DNA of 64,000 nt, from contig CAVQUB010000020.1 of assembly GCA_963716725.1 (NCBI GenBank), positions 128,001 to 192,000 of the forward strand, written 5' to 3'. This stretch comes from an uncultured delta proteobacterium (GTDB taxonomy: Bacteria > Myxococcota_A > Polyangia > Polyangiales > Polyangiaceae). A model generated the notes under the pieces. It searched no databases. It saw only the letters and a program-made list of their open reading frames with translations, and was not told where the DNA came from. Positions 33,213-42,698 of this stretch are shown here, in pieces. Position numbers and translations under genes: made by a program. Positions within the stretch are counted from its first letter, which is position 1, and each line of letters starts with the position of its first letter.

Positions 33213-34307
33213 ATGGGTCCAACCTACTGGGACTACCTCCAGCTCGACCGGCTCCTCGACCTCCAGGGCGGCGTCGAGGGCGACGAATCGAAGCTCGGCA
33301 CCGACGAGCTGCACTTCATCATCGTGCACCAGGCTTACGAGCTCTGGTTCAAGCTGGTGTTGCGAGAGCTCCGCACGGCTCGCGACGAGCTGGCAGCGCC
33401 GCGAGTGCCCGAAGAGAAGATCCCCCACGTCGTGCATCACCTGCGGCGCGTCACCGAGATCATGAAGCTCCTGGTCGATCAGTTTCGGGTGATGGAGACG
33501 CTCACCCCCCAGGACTTCCTGGCGTTTCGCGACAAACTGATCCCGGCCAGCGGCTTCCAGTCCTTCCAGCTGCGGGAGCTCGAGATCCTGCTCGGCCTCG
33601 ACGACGCCGAGCGCATCGCCTACGCGGGAGCCGATCCGCTCGAGCACATCCGCGCCCTGGCCCGGAGCTCGCCGGGAGGCCAGGCGGCCTGGGGCCGCAT
33701 CGAGAAGGCCCGCGCCGAGCCCACGCTTCGAAGCGCCCTTCACGACTGGCTGTACCGGACGCCGGTCCAAGGCTCACGGCCCGACGACGCGGGCGACGAC
33801 GCTTCGGTGAAGCAATTCGTGACTGATTACCACTCGGCCCTCGCGGGAGCGAATCGGGAGAAGACCCAGCACTTGCTCGCTGCCTTGGGCGGCGACGCGG
33901 AGGCCATCCAGGCGCGCATGCGCGAGGCGGAGGCTTCCGCCAAGCGCTTCTTGTTCGCCGAAGACGTGGCGGCTCCGGAACGCGCACGGGTCCTGCGCGT
34001 GCGCGCTGGGGTGCTGTTCATCGAGAGCTATCGGGAGCTGCCGCTGCTCGCGTGGCCGCGCCTGCTCATCGACTCGGTCGTCGAGCTCGAGGAGCAGCTG
34101 GTGATCTTCCGCTCGAGGCACGCGCGCATGGTGGAGCGCATCATCGGTCGCCGCGTCGGCACCGGGGGCTCGAGCGGCGTCGACTACCTGGACCAAACCG
34201 CGCGCTATCGCGTCTTCAGCGAGCTCTGGTCGGTGCGGACGCTGCTCCTGGCCAAAGAGCACCTGCCCGAGCTGCGACGCGCCGACAGCTACGGCTTCGC
34301 GACCTGA
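33213..34307 (+). CDS. kynA: Tryptophan 2,3-dioxygenase
   Basis: YWDYLQLDRLL, DELHFIIVHQAYELWFK, FRDKLIPASGFQSFQLRE, RHARMVERIIG, GTGGSSGVDYL. Confidence 0.93.
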   Translation: MGPTYWDYLQLDRLLDLQGGVEGDESKLGTDELHFIIVHQAYELWFKLVLRELRTARDELAAPRVPEEKIPHVVHHLRRVTEIMKLLVDQFRVMETLTPQDFLAFRDKLIPASGFQSFQLRELEILLGLDDAERIAYAGADPLEHIRALARSSPGGQAAWGRIEKARAEPTLRSALHDWLYRTPVQGSRPDDAGDDASVKQFVTDYHSALAGANREKTQHLLAALGGDAEAIQARMREAEASAKRFLFAEDVAAPERARVLRVRAGVLFIESYRELPLLAWPRLLIDSVVELEEQLVIFRSRHARMVERIIGRRVGTGGSSGVDYLDQTARYRVFSELWSVRTLLLAKEHLPELRRADSYGFAT

Positions 34308-34308
34308 C

Positions 34309-35286
34309 TCAGCGCTGCCGCTGGTTTAGGCGCTTGGTCTCTTTGGCGATCACCGCCGCGGCGCGCGCATAGCGCTTCTTCGGCGAGGGCACGCGACCCC
34401 GACCCGGCGCCTGCTCGTCCAGGGGCTCGTCAAAGCTGCCCGGCTCGTGCCCGAGCTCAAAGACCGTGACCTCGCGCCGGCCGCGCTCGCCGACTCGCAG
34501 CGGCATCACCGAGGCGCCGACGCCCGCGCCAACGTAGACCGCGCCCGCCCCCGCGCCCCCACCGTTGCGCGCGCCGTAGAGTCCATGCACGTACTTGTGC
34601 CCCGCCAGGCGTCCGATGGCGAGCTCGTGCAAGCGCGCGAGCGTCACTTGTCCCGCGTGAGTGTGACCCGAGAGCACGAGGGGAACACCGTGAGCCCAGA
34701 GCTTGTCCGCCTCTTCCGCGATGTGCGACAGCCCGATGGTCGGCACGTCGCGCGAGAGTCCACGCACCGCATCCGCGCGGGAAGCGTGCCCGGTATATGC
34801 GTCGTCGAGACCGACGACCTGGAGCCGCTGCCCGCGGAAGGTCAGTGTGGTGTTCTGGTTCGTGAGCACCTCGGCGCCGCCGCGCCGGAGCGCGTGACGG
34901 ACCTCAGCCGCGCCGGCCCAGTAGTCGTGGTTGCCGAGCACGCACAGCACGGGCGCAGCGAAGCGAGACACGAGCCACGACAGCTGGTCGAGATAGAGCT
35001 GGCTGTGACAGACGAAGTCCCCGGTGATCACCACTACGTCGGGCCGCTCGCGGTTCGTCAACTCCACCGCTGTCTCTTGCACCGCTTCCGGCGTCACTCG
35101 CCCCACGTGCAGATCGGTCAGGTGCACGATGCGCAGATGGGCCAAGGCACCGACATGAGCGCTCGGCCCCGCGAAACGGCGCACACGAAACTGCGCCGCC
35201 AGCCTCTGCGCGCGCGGCGACAGCGGACCGGTCGAAGGTCGGTGGGCGTCGGCGTGCAGCCCCAGTGGCGAGTGCGTTCGCGACAC
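34309..35286 (-). CDS. Calcineurin-like metallophosphoesterase
   Basis: TDLHVG, ITGDF, LGNHD, LSH, SGHTH. Confidence 0.9.
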   Translation of the reverse strand: MSRTHSPLGLHADAHRPSTGPLSPRAQRLAAQFRVRRFAGPSAHVGALAHLRIVHLTDLHVGRVTPEAVQETAVELTNRERPDVVVITGDFVCHSQLYLDQLSWLVSRFAAPVLCVLGNHDYWAGAAEVRHALRRGGAEVLTNQNTTLTFRGQRLQVVGLDDAYTGHASRADAVRGLSRDVPTIGLSHIAEEADKLWAHGVPLVLSGHTHAGQVTLARLHELAIGRLAGHKYVHGLYGARNGGGAGAGAVYVGAGVGASVMPLRVGERGRREVTVFELGHEPGSFDEPLDEQAPGRGRVPSPKKRYARAAAVIAKETKRLNQRQR

Positions 35287-35338
35287 GGAACCGCCATCGT
35301 AGCCCGCCGGGGCGGGCTCGCGAGCGCTGAATTTGCGA

Positions 35339-35632
35339 TCAGAACCTGCCGCGAACGATCAGCTCTGCGCCGCCCGGTCGACGATAGGCCCGCACCTGCG
35401 ACCACATGCGCTCCACCGCCAGGCTGAGCTCTTGCCCGGGTTCCGGCGCTTCTTTCCGGGCCACGCTAGCTCTGCCCAGCTCGAGCTCGGCGCCCTTGAC
35501 GCGCCATCCATCGAGCAGCGTGACCTCGAGCGCCGAAGCGGCACGGGCGGATGTCGACCGGGGCTCGGCCTGCGCCGGGCGGGCAGCCGCGGTGCCGAGC
35601 ACCGCTACCATGATCACCAACCCGAGCCGCAT
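35339..35632 (-). CDS. Small secreted hypothetical protein
   Basis: Signal peptide MRLGLVIMVAVLGTAAARPAQA; C-terminal GAELIVRGRF. Confidence 0.6.
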   Translation of the reverse strand: MRLGLVIMVAVLGTAAARPAQAEPRSTSARAASALEVTLLDGWRVKGAELELGRASVARKEAPEPGQELSLAVERMWSQVRAYRRPGGAELIVRGRF

Positions 35633-35644
35633 GTCTCAGCATGG

Positions 35645-35661
35645 TGCAGACACTGTGCCAG
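35645..35661 (-). promoter_or_regulatory. Sigma54 (-24/-12) promoter
   Basis: Minus strand CTGGCACAGTGTCTGCA, GG-N10-GC, just upstream of ATG 35632. Confidence 0.55.
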
Positions 35662-35771
35662 CCACCGGTGCGCAGCCCGCGCTGCGATTTCACGGCTTCG
35701 TTGGGGCGCCCGGCTCCTCGGTCGCTGCTGACCGCATGCTACAGCTGATGCCCCGAGCCCTCAGCTCGCGG

Positions 35772-36275
35772 CTACTTGCCGAGCTTGCCGCTGATGTCGG
35801 ACCCGAGCTTGTCGAGGTCGTCCATCTTCTTCTTCTCCGCACCCGACGGGACCTTCGGCTTCGGGGGCTCGTCGGCCTTGGCAACGGGGGCAGGGTCGCC
35901 GCCTCCGCCCGCCGGCGCAGGGCCTCCTCCACCGGTCGGCTTCGCAGCCTCGGCCGCCTTCGTCGCCGCTTCAGTTGCCTGCTTCTTGGCGTCTTCTTCC
36001 GCCTGCTTCGAGGCCACCGCTTGCAGGCTCTTGCGCGTGATCTCGATGTGACGTTTGCGGTCTTCAGCTGACATGCCCGCGAAGGGGTCGTCGACGCTGG
36101 AGACCACTGCCGCGGCCTGCTTGGGCTTGCCGCCCATGCTCTTGATGGCGACGACGCCTCCGACCAGAACGACCGCTCCAATGATCCCAAACAGGACCAA
36201 GGGATTGGACTTCTTCATCGGGATGGTGTCGACAGACGCTTCCGCTGCTTTGGAACTCGGGTTCGGGGAGGCCAT
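35772..36275 (-). CDS. Single-TM, Lys/Ala/Pro-rich hypothetical protein
   Basis: AGGAG RBS; TM LVLFGIIGAVVLVGGVVAI. Confidence 0.7.
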   Translation of the reverse strand: MASPNPSSKAAEASVDTIPMKKSNPLVLFGIIGAVVLVGGVVAIKSMGGKPKQAAAVVSSVDDPFAGMSAEDRKRHIEITRKSLQAVASKQAEEDAKKQATEAATKAAEAAKPTGGGGPAPAGGGGDPAPVAKADEPPKPKVPSGAEKKKMDDLDKLGSDISGKLGK

Positions 36276-36385
36276 GGGCTCCTGAAGAGTACGTGGCGGA
36301 GCGCGATCGGTCCAGCTCCCGCGTGCGCTTTGCGGCGCCCCGAAGGGCTGGCGCAAAGCCCCGAATTATCTGCGCTTACACCGCC

Positions 36386-38128
36386 TCACACGTTGTCCCA
36401 GCTGAACTTTTCGGCGTCGAAGGCGTGCTCCGCCAGGCCCTTGAGCAATTCGTCGTCGTTGATGTCGATCAAGCTGAACGCCTGCTTGACTCGTCGTTCG
36501 ACCTGGCCGCTGAACACCTTGAGAATGTCCATCTCCTTGGCTGCCTTCTCGGGCCCGAGCGCCGCCAGTGCGGCGTTGACCCGGGCGATCACACACGCCA
36601 GCACGAACAAGTCGATCATGATGTTGGCGAGGCGCCGCGCCGCGAGCTGCTTGCCGATGATGTCGCGGCCATGTTTGCGCAAGATCCGATCGACGGCCGC
36701 GGCCAGGTGCCGGGTCAGGCCTTCGAATATCGTCGTTGCCTCGTGCAGCTCCGGGCTGACCAGCGTGAAGCGGCTCCGCGCGCGACGAATGCCAGTCACC
36801 AGGCTGGCCTGCTTCATGGCGTATTGGCGCAGCACACCGAAACCCTTGATGGGATCGTCGAAAATGCCGCGCACGCTCGACGAAAGCTCCTTGAGCTGGC
36901 TGCCGACGTCGTTCATCGCCGTGAGCGCGATGAACAGCCGCAGGATCTCGTTGGTGCCCTCGAAGATGCGGTTGATGCGCGCGTCTCGCATCATTCGCTC
37001 GTAGGGGTACTCGCACATGTAGCCGTTGCCACCGGCGATCTGCAGCGCTTCGTCGGCTGTGCGCCACAGCGCTTCGCTGGCAAACACCTTGCTGATGGCG
37101 GCCTCGACCGCGTAGTCCTCGTAGCCGCTGTCGATCAGCTCGGCGACCATGTCGACGGCCGCCTCGGTCGCGTAGCAATCGATGACCATCTGCCCGACTT
37201 TGTGCTTGATCATTCCGTACTCGCGGATTGATTTACCGAAGGTCTTGCGTTCGTTGGCGTACTTGGTGCACTGCGCGATCAGCTTCTTCATCGCGCCGAT
37301 CGTGCCGCCGCCCAGCCCGGTTCGGCCGTTGTTCAAGATGGCCATGGCGATCTTGAAGCCCTTGTTCTCCTCGCCAAGCATGTTGGCGTGCGGGACGCGC
37401 ACCTCGTCGAAATGCACCGTGGTGGTGGAGCTGGCACGAAGCCCCATCTTGTCTTCGTGGGGACCCACGCTCACCCCGGGCATGTCGCGCGTCACGATGA
37501 ACGCCGTGATGTGGGGCTTGCCCTCGAGCTCGCCGGTGCGCGCGAAGACCGTGAAGAAGTCGGCGATGCCGCCGTTGGTGATCCACAGCTTGTTGCCGTT
37601 CAGCACCCACTCGTCGCCCTCTCGCACGGCGCGGGTCTTGAGTGCCGCGGCGTCCGATCCGGCGCCCGCCTCGGTCAGGGCGAAGGCCGCGATCATCTCG
37701 CCAGTCGCCAGCTTGGGCAAGAAGCGTTGCTTCTGCTCGTCCGTTCCGAAGAGCAGCAGCCCCCGCATGCCGATGGAGCTGTGCGCGCCGATGGTCACGG
37801 CGACGGAAGCGTCGTATTTGGCGACCTCTTGCAGCGTGCGCGCGTAGGCGGCGCTCTTGAAGCCGAGCCCGCCGAAGGCCTCGGGCACGACCAGACCGAA
37901 GAGGCCGAACTGCCTCAGCTCTTCCACGAACTCGGGAGGCATTTCTCCCGCACGGTCCCATTTGCGAAAGTCAGCGTCGCGCGAGCCAAGCAGTTGTTTG
38001 ACGGAGTCGATGACCCCGTGCAGGGTCTCCTTCTGCTCCGGAGCCATGACGGGGTATGGGATCAGGACCTGCTCTTCGATGTTGCCCATGCACAGGGACC
38101 TCATGAAGCTGACGCTGGTGTCGACCAT
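36386..38128 (-). CDS. Acyl-CoA dehydrogenase (ACAD9/VLCAD-like)
   Basis: AFALTEAGAGSDA, GNKLWITNG, KMGLRAS, LQIAGGNGY, RIFEGTNEILR; 580 aa with C-terminal extension. Confidence 0.95.
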   Translation of the reverse strand: MVDTSVSFMRSLCMGNIEEQVLIPYPVMAPEQKETLHGVIDSVKQLLGSRDADFRKWDRAGEMPPEFVEELRQFGLFGLVVPEAFGGLGFKSAAYARTLQEVAKYDASVAVTIGAHSSIGMRGLLLFGTDEQKQRFLPKLATGEMIAAFALTEAGAGSDAAALKTRAVREGDEWVLNGNKLWITNGGIADFFTVFARTGELEGKPHITAFIVTRDMPGVSVGPHEDKMGLRASSTTTVHFDEVRVPHANMLGEENKGFKIAMAILNNGRTGLGGGTIGAMKKLIAQCTKYANERKTFGKSIREYGMIKHKVGQMVIDCYATEAAVDMVAELIDSGYEDYAVEAAISKVFASEALWRTADEALQIAGGNGYMCEYPYERMMRDARINRIFEGTNEILRLFIALTAMNDVGSQLKELSSSVRGIFDDPIKGFGVLRQYAMKQASLVTGIRRARSRFTLVSPELHEATTIFEGLTRHLAAAVDRILRKHGRDIIGKQLAARRLANIMIDLFVLACVIARVNAALAALGPEKAAKEMDILKVFSGQVERRVKQAFSLIDINDDELLKGLAEHAFDAEKFSWDNV

Positions 38129-38244
38129 GGCGATCGACTACCCCAGCCTTGGCACGTCGGCGACCCTTTTGGCTCGGCGCGCGAGAGCCGCTGTCGCGAC
38201 GCACATTTGCGAGTCGCTTCCGGAAGCCTAGAGTTCGCCCCCCG

Positions 38245-39198
38245 ATGCTCGACCACCCTGCTCACGCGCTGCCCGCGCTGGTTCTTGGCCTGCTCGTCTC
38301 GTCGCTGCTGGCGCCGAGTTGCAAGGCGAGCCAGGCCTCCGCCGACGCCGGCGCGTCCGCGACCGGCAGCGCGCCGGAGCCGCCAGCCCCGCTGGCGTCG
38401 GCCGCGACCGACTCTGGCGCTGCCGGTCCGCTCGACGGCGGAGCTGCGGCGGAGGACGCGGCGCCCAGGGCGCGGACCGACGGTTGCGGCGAGGGCATGG
38501 TCCGCGTCGAGGGCGACTACTGCCCTGCCGTGATGCAAAACTGCCAGGAGCACCATTCGGAGTACAAGGCGCGCAAGGGCGAGAAGACCGTCAGCGAGCG
38601 CTGCCTCGTGTACAAGCAGCCGTCGACCTGCGTCTCAAAGGAGCGCAAGCAGCTGTCGTTCTGCATGGATCGCTACGAGTGGCCGAACAAAGTCGGCGAG
38701 CTCCCCCGCGTGCTCACCTCGTGGCTGGAGGCCAAGGCGCTCTGCGAAAAGGCCGGCAAGCGGCTCTGCACCGAGGACGAATTCAATTTCGCCTGCGAGG
38801 GCCCGGAGATGCTGCCCTACGCCACGGGCTACGTCCGCGATCCCAAGAAGTGCAACATCGACAAGCCCTACGTTCAGCCCGATCAGTCGCGACAGATGGC
38901 GACCTACGACAAGTGTCCCGACAACGAGTTCTGCCGCACGGAGCTGGCGCGCCTCGACCAACGCCACGCGATCGGGGCCCGTGAGACCTGCGTGTCGTGG
39001 GCGGGCGTGGTGGACATCAACGGCAACGTCAACGAGTGGGTCGAGCTGCCCGGCGAGAAGCACCCGAACCGCAGCGGCTTGAAGGGCGGCTGGTGGGGTC
39101 CGGTCCGCAATCGGTGCCGGCCCACGGTGACCTTCCACAAAGAGTTCGACTACGGCTACGAAGCCGGGCTGCGCTGCTGCACGGACGCGGGCAAGTAG
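38245..39198 (+). CDS. SUMF1/FGE-sulfatase-fold lipoprotein
   Basis: LLAPSC lipobox; CMDRYEWPN, GKRLCTEDEF, DINGNVNEW, GLRCC. Confidence 0.85.
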   Translation: MLDHPAHALPALVLGLLVSSLLAPSCKASQASADAGASATGSAPEPPAPLASAATDSGAAGPLDGGAAAEDAAPRARTDGCGEGMVRVEGDYCPAVMQNCQEHHSEYKARKGEKTVSERCLVYKQPSTCVSKERKQLSFCMDRYEWPNKVGELPRVLTSWLEAKALCEKAGKRLCTEDEFNFACEGPEMLPYATGYVRDPKKCNIDKPYVQPDQSRQMATYDKCPDNEFCRTELARLDQRHAIGARETCVSWAGVVDINGNVNEWVELPGEKHPNRSGLKGGWWGPVRNRCRPTVTFHKEFDYGYEAGLRCCTDAGK

Positions 39199-39208
39199 CC
39201 CGCGGCCA

Positions 39209-40492
39209 TCACTGCGGGCGCCCCTGGGCGACCCAACTCTCGACGATCTGCACCTGTAGCGCGGTCAGTGCCGGTAGCCCCAGGGGCATGCCTCGCGCTT
39301 CGGGATCGATCTGCCCCGCCTCTTCCTTCTGGCGAGCCAGGAGCGCGGCGACCAGGAGTGGCGTGCCGTCTTTGGTCTTGGAAAAAACGCTCATGCGCTC
39401 GCCCTTGAGATCCAAGAGCCCGCCGTTGGTGCTCTCGTAAGTCGAGAAGTCGAGCTTGCGTGGCATGAAGCCGAACCCGCCGGTCATGCCCGGACCGCCG
39501 TCACCGCGGGCGATGTCCGGGTTCGTGTGACAGTGGCGGCAGGTCTTCTGCAGTACCTCCCGGTCCACGTCTTCGAAGGTCACCTTTCGCTCGACCACGG
39601 GCAGGCGCTGCGGAATCGGCTTTCGCGGCGGCGGCTCGAGCTTCGCGCCGAGCAGATACGCGGCGGCGTCCTTGGCTTCCTTCTCGCTCAGACCCAGCTT
39701 CGGCATCAGGGTGCCGGGCCTGACCTGCGGGGGATCGAGGAGCCAGCGCGTGAGCTTCGCAAAAGTCGTCCGATCGCGCGTGTACCGAAGATCGGGCGCC
39801 AGCTCGATGGCGTCGTTGCCCTTCTGCCACGGCGTCGTCAGGGTCGGCTTCACCGGCAGCTCCGGCACACCCGAGAACAGGTGGCAGGTGCCGCAGGCCT
39901 TGGTCTCGAGCACCTGACGGCCGGCAATCGGATCGCCGCTCACCGGCTCCGCCGCCGTCTTGGCATCTCGGGTCAGGTAGGCCGCTACGTCCGCCGCCTG
40001 CTGCGCGTCGATCCGCAGCCGCGGCATGGTCGACACCATGTTTGGGCGATGCTTCTCGGGCTTCAACAGAAACGCCTGGATGAACCCAGGGTCGAGGCGC
40101 TCGCCCGCGCGATCGAGGTTCGGCGCGTTGAGGTAGTGGACGACGGTCTTCTTCCACTTGGCGATCTTGTCGGGCTTCGCCTTGAACTTGTCGGTCCAGA
40201 TCTCTTGATGACAGGTGATGCAGTGTTTCTCGAGAGGAGAGGCCGCGAGTCCGGTGCCGTCGTGACAGCGGCTACACTCGAACTTCTCGACCAGCGCCTT
40301 GCCTCGCTCCGAATCACCGGCCAGCGCAGGCGCTTTCTTCTCGGTGGCCGGGCCCACTTGGGCGACGGGGGCCGCGGATCCATCGGGAGCCGCGCTCGAC
40401 AGCGCCTCCGGCTTCGCCCCACTGCTGGTCTGCTTGCAGCCGGCGCCGAAAGCGAGCCCAAACGCCAGCGCGAGGATCAGAGGACGGGTCAT
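39209..40492 (-). CDS. Multiheme c-type cytochrome lipoprotein (4 CxxCH)
   Basis: FGAGC lipobox; CSRCH, CITCH, CGTCH, CRHCH; TMP, LMP and GMP distal-Met motifs. Confidence 0.85.
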   Translation of the reverse strand: MTRPLILALAFGLAFGAGCKQTSSGAKPEALSSAAPDGSAAPVAQVGPATEKKAPALAGDSERGKALVEKFECSRCHDGTGLAASPLEKHCITCHQEIWTDKFKAKPDKIAKWKKTVVHYLNAPNLDRAGERLDPGFIQAFLLKPEKHRPNMVSTMPRLRIDAQQAADVAAYLTRDAKTAAEPVSGDPIAGRQVLETKACGTCHLFSGVPELPVKPTLTTPWQKGNDAIELAPDLRYTRDRTTFAKLTRWLLDPPQVRPGTLMPKLGLSEKEAKDAAAYLLGAKLEPPPRKPIPQRLPVVERKVTFEDVDREVLQKTCRHCHTNPDIARGDGGPGMTGGFGFMPRKLDFSTYESTNGGLLDLKGERMSVFSKTKDGTPLLVAALLARQKEEAGQIDPEARGMPLGLPALTALQVQIVESWVAQGRPQ

Positions 40493-40536
40493 CGGACCTC
40501 CGAGTCAACTCCCGCTGGCGTCGAGCTTCAAGTCAC

Positions 40537-41202
40537 TCACGCCGACGCGCGGCAGACGGTCGCCGACTTGGCCATGGACTCGCAGCGCTTCTGGGCCACC
40601 TTCTGGCCCGCGCTGTCCCCGGCTGCGCTGCGCAGATCAGCCAGCGTCGCGTAGCCCTCGGGGGTCGAGATGAGATCCTTCTTCGCGAGCTTCTCGAGGA
40701 GCTCCTTGGCTTCGCCGCGGTGCTTCTCGACCTTGGCCAGCGCCTCGGCCAGATCGCTCTGAACCGCCGCGTCGTCCTTCTTGATGTCGCTGAGCTTACG
40801 GAGCGCCGCGACGGACCACTCGAGGTTGGTCGCCTGGTCCTTGGAGCTCTTGCCAATCCAGGTGCCCTGGGCGTAGGACGGGAGTTCCTTGGCGATGGGC
40901 AGCGCGCCGTTGTTGCGCGCGACCGCGAGCGCCAAGATGCGCTGCGCGCGGGCGACCAGGGTTCCATCCTTCTTCGCCTTGAGGTCCTTTACGTGGGGCA
41001 TCATGCGGATGATCATCGCGGCTGCCGCGGCGTGCTCGCCCTTCTTCAAGACCTTCTCGGCGCGAGCGATGCCTTCCGGGCGATGGTCGATCTCGACCGC
41101 GGGCACCCACTCACCACCGCAGGCCTTCGCGTCGCTCGCCACCGAGCCCACCGCCGCGAACGCCGAAACCGCCACCATCACCATTGCACCGAGCTTCTTC
41201 AT
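40537..41202 (-). CDS. Secreted helical/TPR-like protein
   Basis: AGGAGG RBS; signal peptide ending AKA-C; helical C-terminus. Confidence 0.75.
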   Translation of the reverse strand: MKKLGAMVMVAVSAFAAVGSVASDAKACGGEWVPAVEIDHRPEGIARAEKVLKKGEHAAAAAMIIRMMPHVKDLKAKKDGTLVARAQRILALAVARNNGALPIAKELPSYAQGTWIGKSSKDQATNLEWSVAALRKLSDIKKDDAAVQSDLAEALAKVEKHRGEAKELLEKLAKKDLISTPEGYATLADLRSAAGDSAGQKVAQKRCESMAKSATVCRASA

Positions 41203-41306
41203 GACCCTTTTTCCTCCTACGACCGTTTTGAACCGACTGGGGCTAGCCACGCTGCGTCGCGCCGAGCCCTCGAACTGTGACCGCTTGTTTCTCTGAAGGT
41301 TCCCTC

Positions 41307-41323
41307 AGCAAATGCCGGACCAA
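41307..41323 (-). promoter_or_regulatory. Putative sigma54 promoter
   Basis: Minus strand TTGGTCCGGCATTTGCT, GG-N10-GC with TTGC, ~105 bp upstream of 41202. Confidence 0.45.
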
Positions 41324-41519
41324 CCTGGGAACGTAGAACTTGGGGGGATCTTTCACCCGCTGCGTGGGAGGGTGCCCACACCCCGTGTGTCGCTCCGAGG
41401 TCGCTCGGTCCGACGTGCCGACGGCCAGGAAGCTTGGGTCGACCTTTGGCGTAGGAGGCGCACCGCCCGGCCGAAAAACCCTTCCCGTCCGCGGGGGTCG
41501 CTCGTAAAAGGGGGCCGCC

Positions 41520-42698
41520 ATGCGCCTCGCCCCCCTGCTCGCGTTCAGCGGTCTTGCCGGCTTCATCGCCTGCGCCACCGTGCCTCCGACGGACCCCGAA
41601 ACGGGGGGCTCGGGCCTGGTCGGACCCGGCGCACCTACACCGGCGCCGGACGCCAGTGTGACGTCACAAGAGGACGGAAGTGTTACGCCGAACCCGGCAG
41701 CCGTTACGGACGCCGGGGGCGGCGATGCCGCGCCGAGTCAGGCCGCCGACGAGGGAGCGTGCCCGGCGGGCATGAAGCTCGTCAGCGGCGAGTACTGCAC
41801 CGACGTCGACTACAAGTGCGAGAAATCTTGGTACGCCAAGTGGAACAAGAAGACCGTCTGCGAGCGCTTCGAAGAAAAGAGCGTGTGCGCGGGGCAGAAG
41901 CTCAAGAAGCGGTACTGCGTCGACACCTACGAATGGCCCAATGTGAAGGGCGAGCGACCCGAGGTCATGAACCGCTTCCACCAGGCCCAGCTCAAGTGCG
42001 CCGCGGTGGGCAAGCGGATGTGCACCGAGAGCGAGTGGAACATGGCCTGCGAGGGGCCTGCGATGAAGCCCTATCCCCAGGGCTACGCCCGGGACTCTTC
42101 GCAGTGCAACGGCGACCACAGGTGGGACAACCCCGACATGAAGAAGGTCGCCCAGCGCGACCCGACGGAGCTGGCCCGACTCTGGAAAGGCGTCCCGAGC
42201 GGCAGTCAGCCGAACTGCGTCAGTGACTACGGCGTCGCGGACATGCCCGGCAATACCGACGAGGTGGTCGCCAGCGAGCACCACACGCAGCACGACTTCC
42301 GCGGCAAGTACGACAGCGTGCACACCGGTGGTCCCTGGTACGAAGGGGTGCGCAACCAGTGTCGCCCCAAGGTCTACACGCACGACGAGGGCTTCTACTA
42401 TTACTTCCTCAGCTTCCGTTGTTGTGCCGAGGCCGACGGCAAGCCGACGGATCCGCGCACACCGAAGCAGATCAAGGAGAAGTGGTCCGTCGAGAAGGTG
42501 GAGAAGCTCGCGGGCTGGACCGTCGCGGAGGTGAAGGAAAAGCTCGAGCTGAAGAAGCAGGGCAAGTGCACCTGCGGGGCCAAAGACGCCAACTGCAAAA
42601 CGCTGTGCGGAACCCTGCTCGGGTCCAATGCCAAGGACTCCGTGGTGGGCGAGAAGCGTGGCGAGTTCGGCAGCAAGAGCAAGGACAAGCAGAAGTGA
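41520..42698 (+). CDS. SUMF1/FGE-sulfatase-fold lipoprotein with Cys/Lys-rich tail
   Basis: FIAC lipobox; CVDTYEWPN, GKRMCTESEW, DMPGNTDE, SFRCC. Confidence 0.85.
   Translation: MRLAPLLAFSGLAGFIACATVPPTDPETGGSGLVGPGAPTPAPDASVTSQEDGSVTPNPAAVTDAGGGDAAPSQAADEGACPAGMKLVSGEYCTDVDYKCEKSWYAKWNKKTVCERFEEKSVCAGQKLKKRYCVDTYEWPNVKGERPEVMNRFHQAQLKCAAVGKRMCTESEWNMACEGPAMKPYPQGYARDSSQCNGDHRWDNPDMKKVAQRDPTELARLWKGVPSGSQPNCVSDYGVADMPGNTDEVVASEHHTQHDFRGKYDSVHTGGPWYEGVRNQCRPKVYTHDEGFYYYFLSFRCCAEADGKPTDPRTPKQIKEKWSVEKVEKLAGWTVAEVKEKLELKKQGKCTCGAKDANCKTLCGTLLGSNAKDSVVGEKRGEFGSKSKDKQK

Noticed and set aside
31068..33770. Long antisense and alternate-frame ORFs (e.g. 31068-33770, 5109-7370, 24654-26915, 21085-22989)
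   Set aside because: Shadow ORFs of high-GC coding sequence with no motifs, overlapping well-supported genes.
35697..35707. TTCGTTGGGGC match to the MITE third hairpin
   Set aside because: Only ~11 bp with no flanking similarity; can arise by chance.
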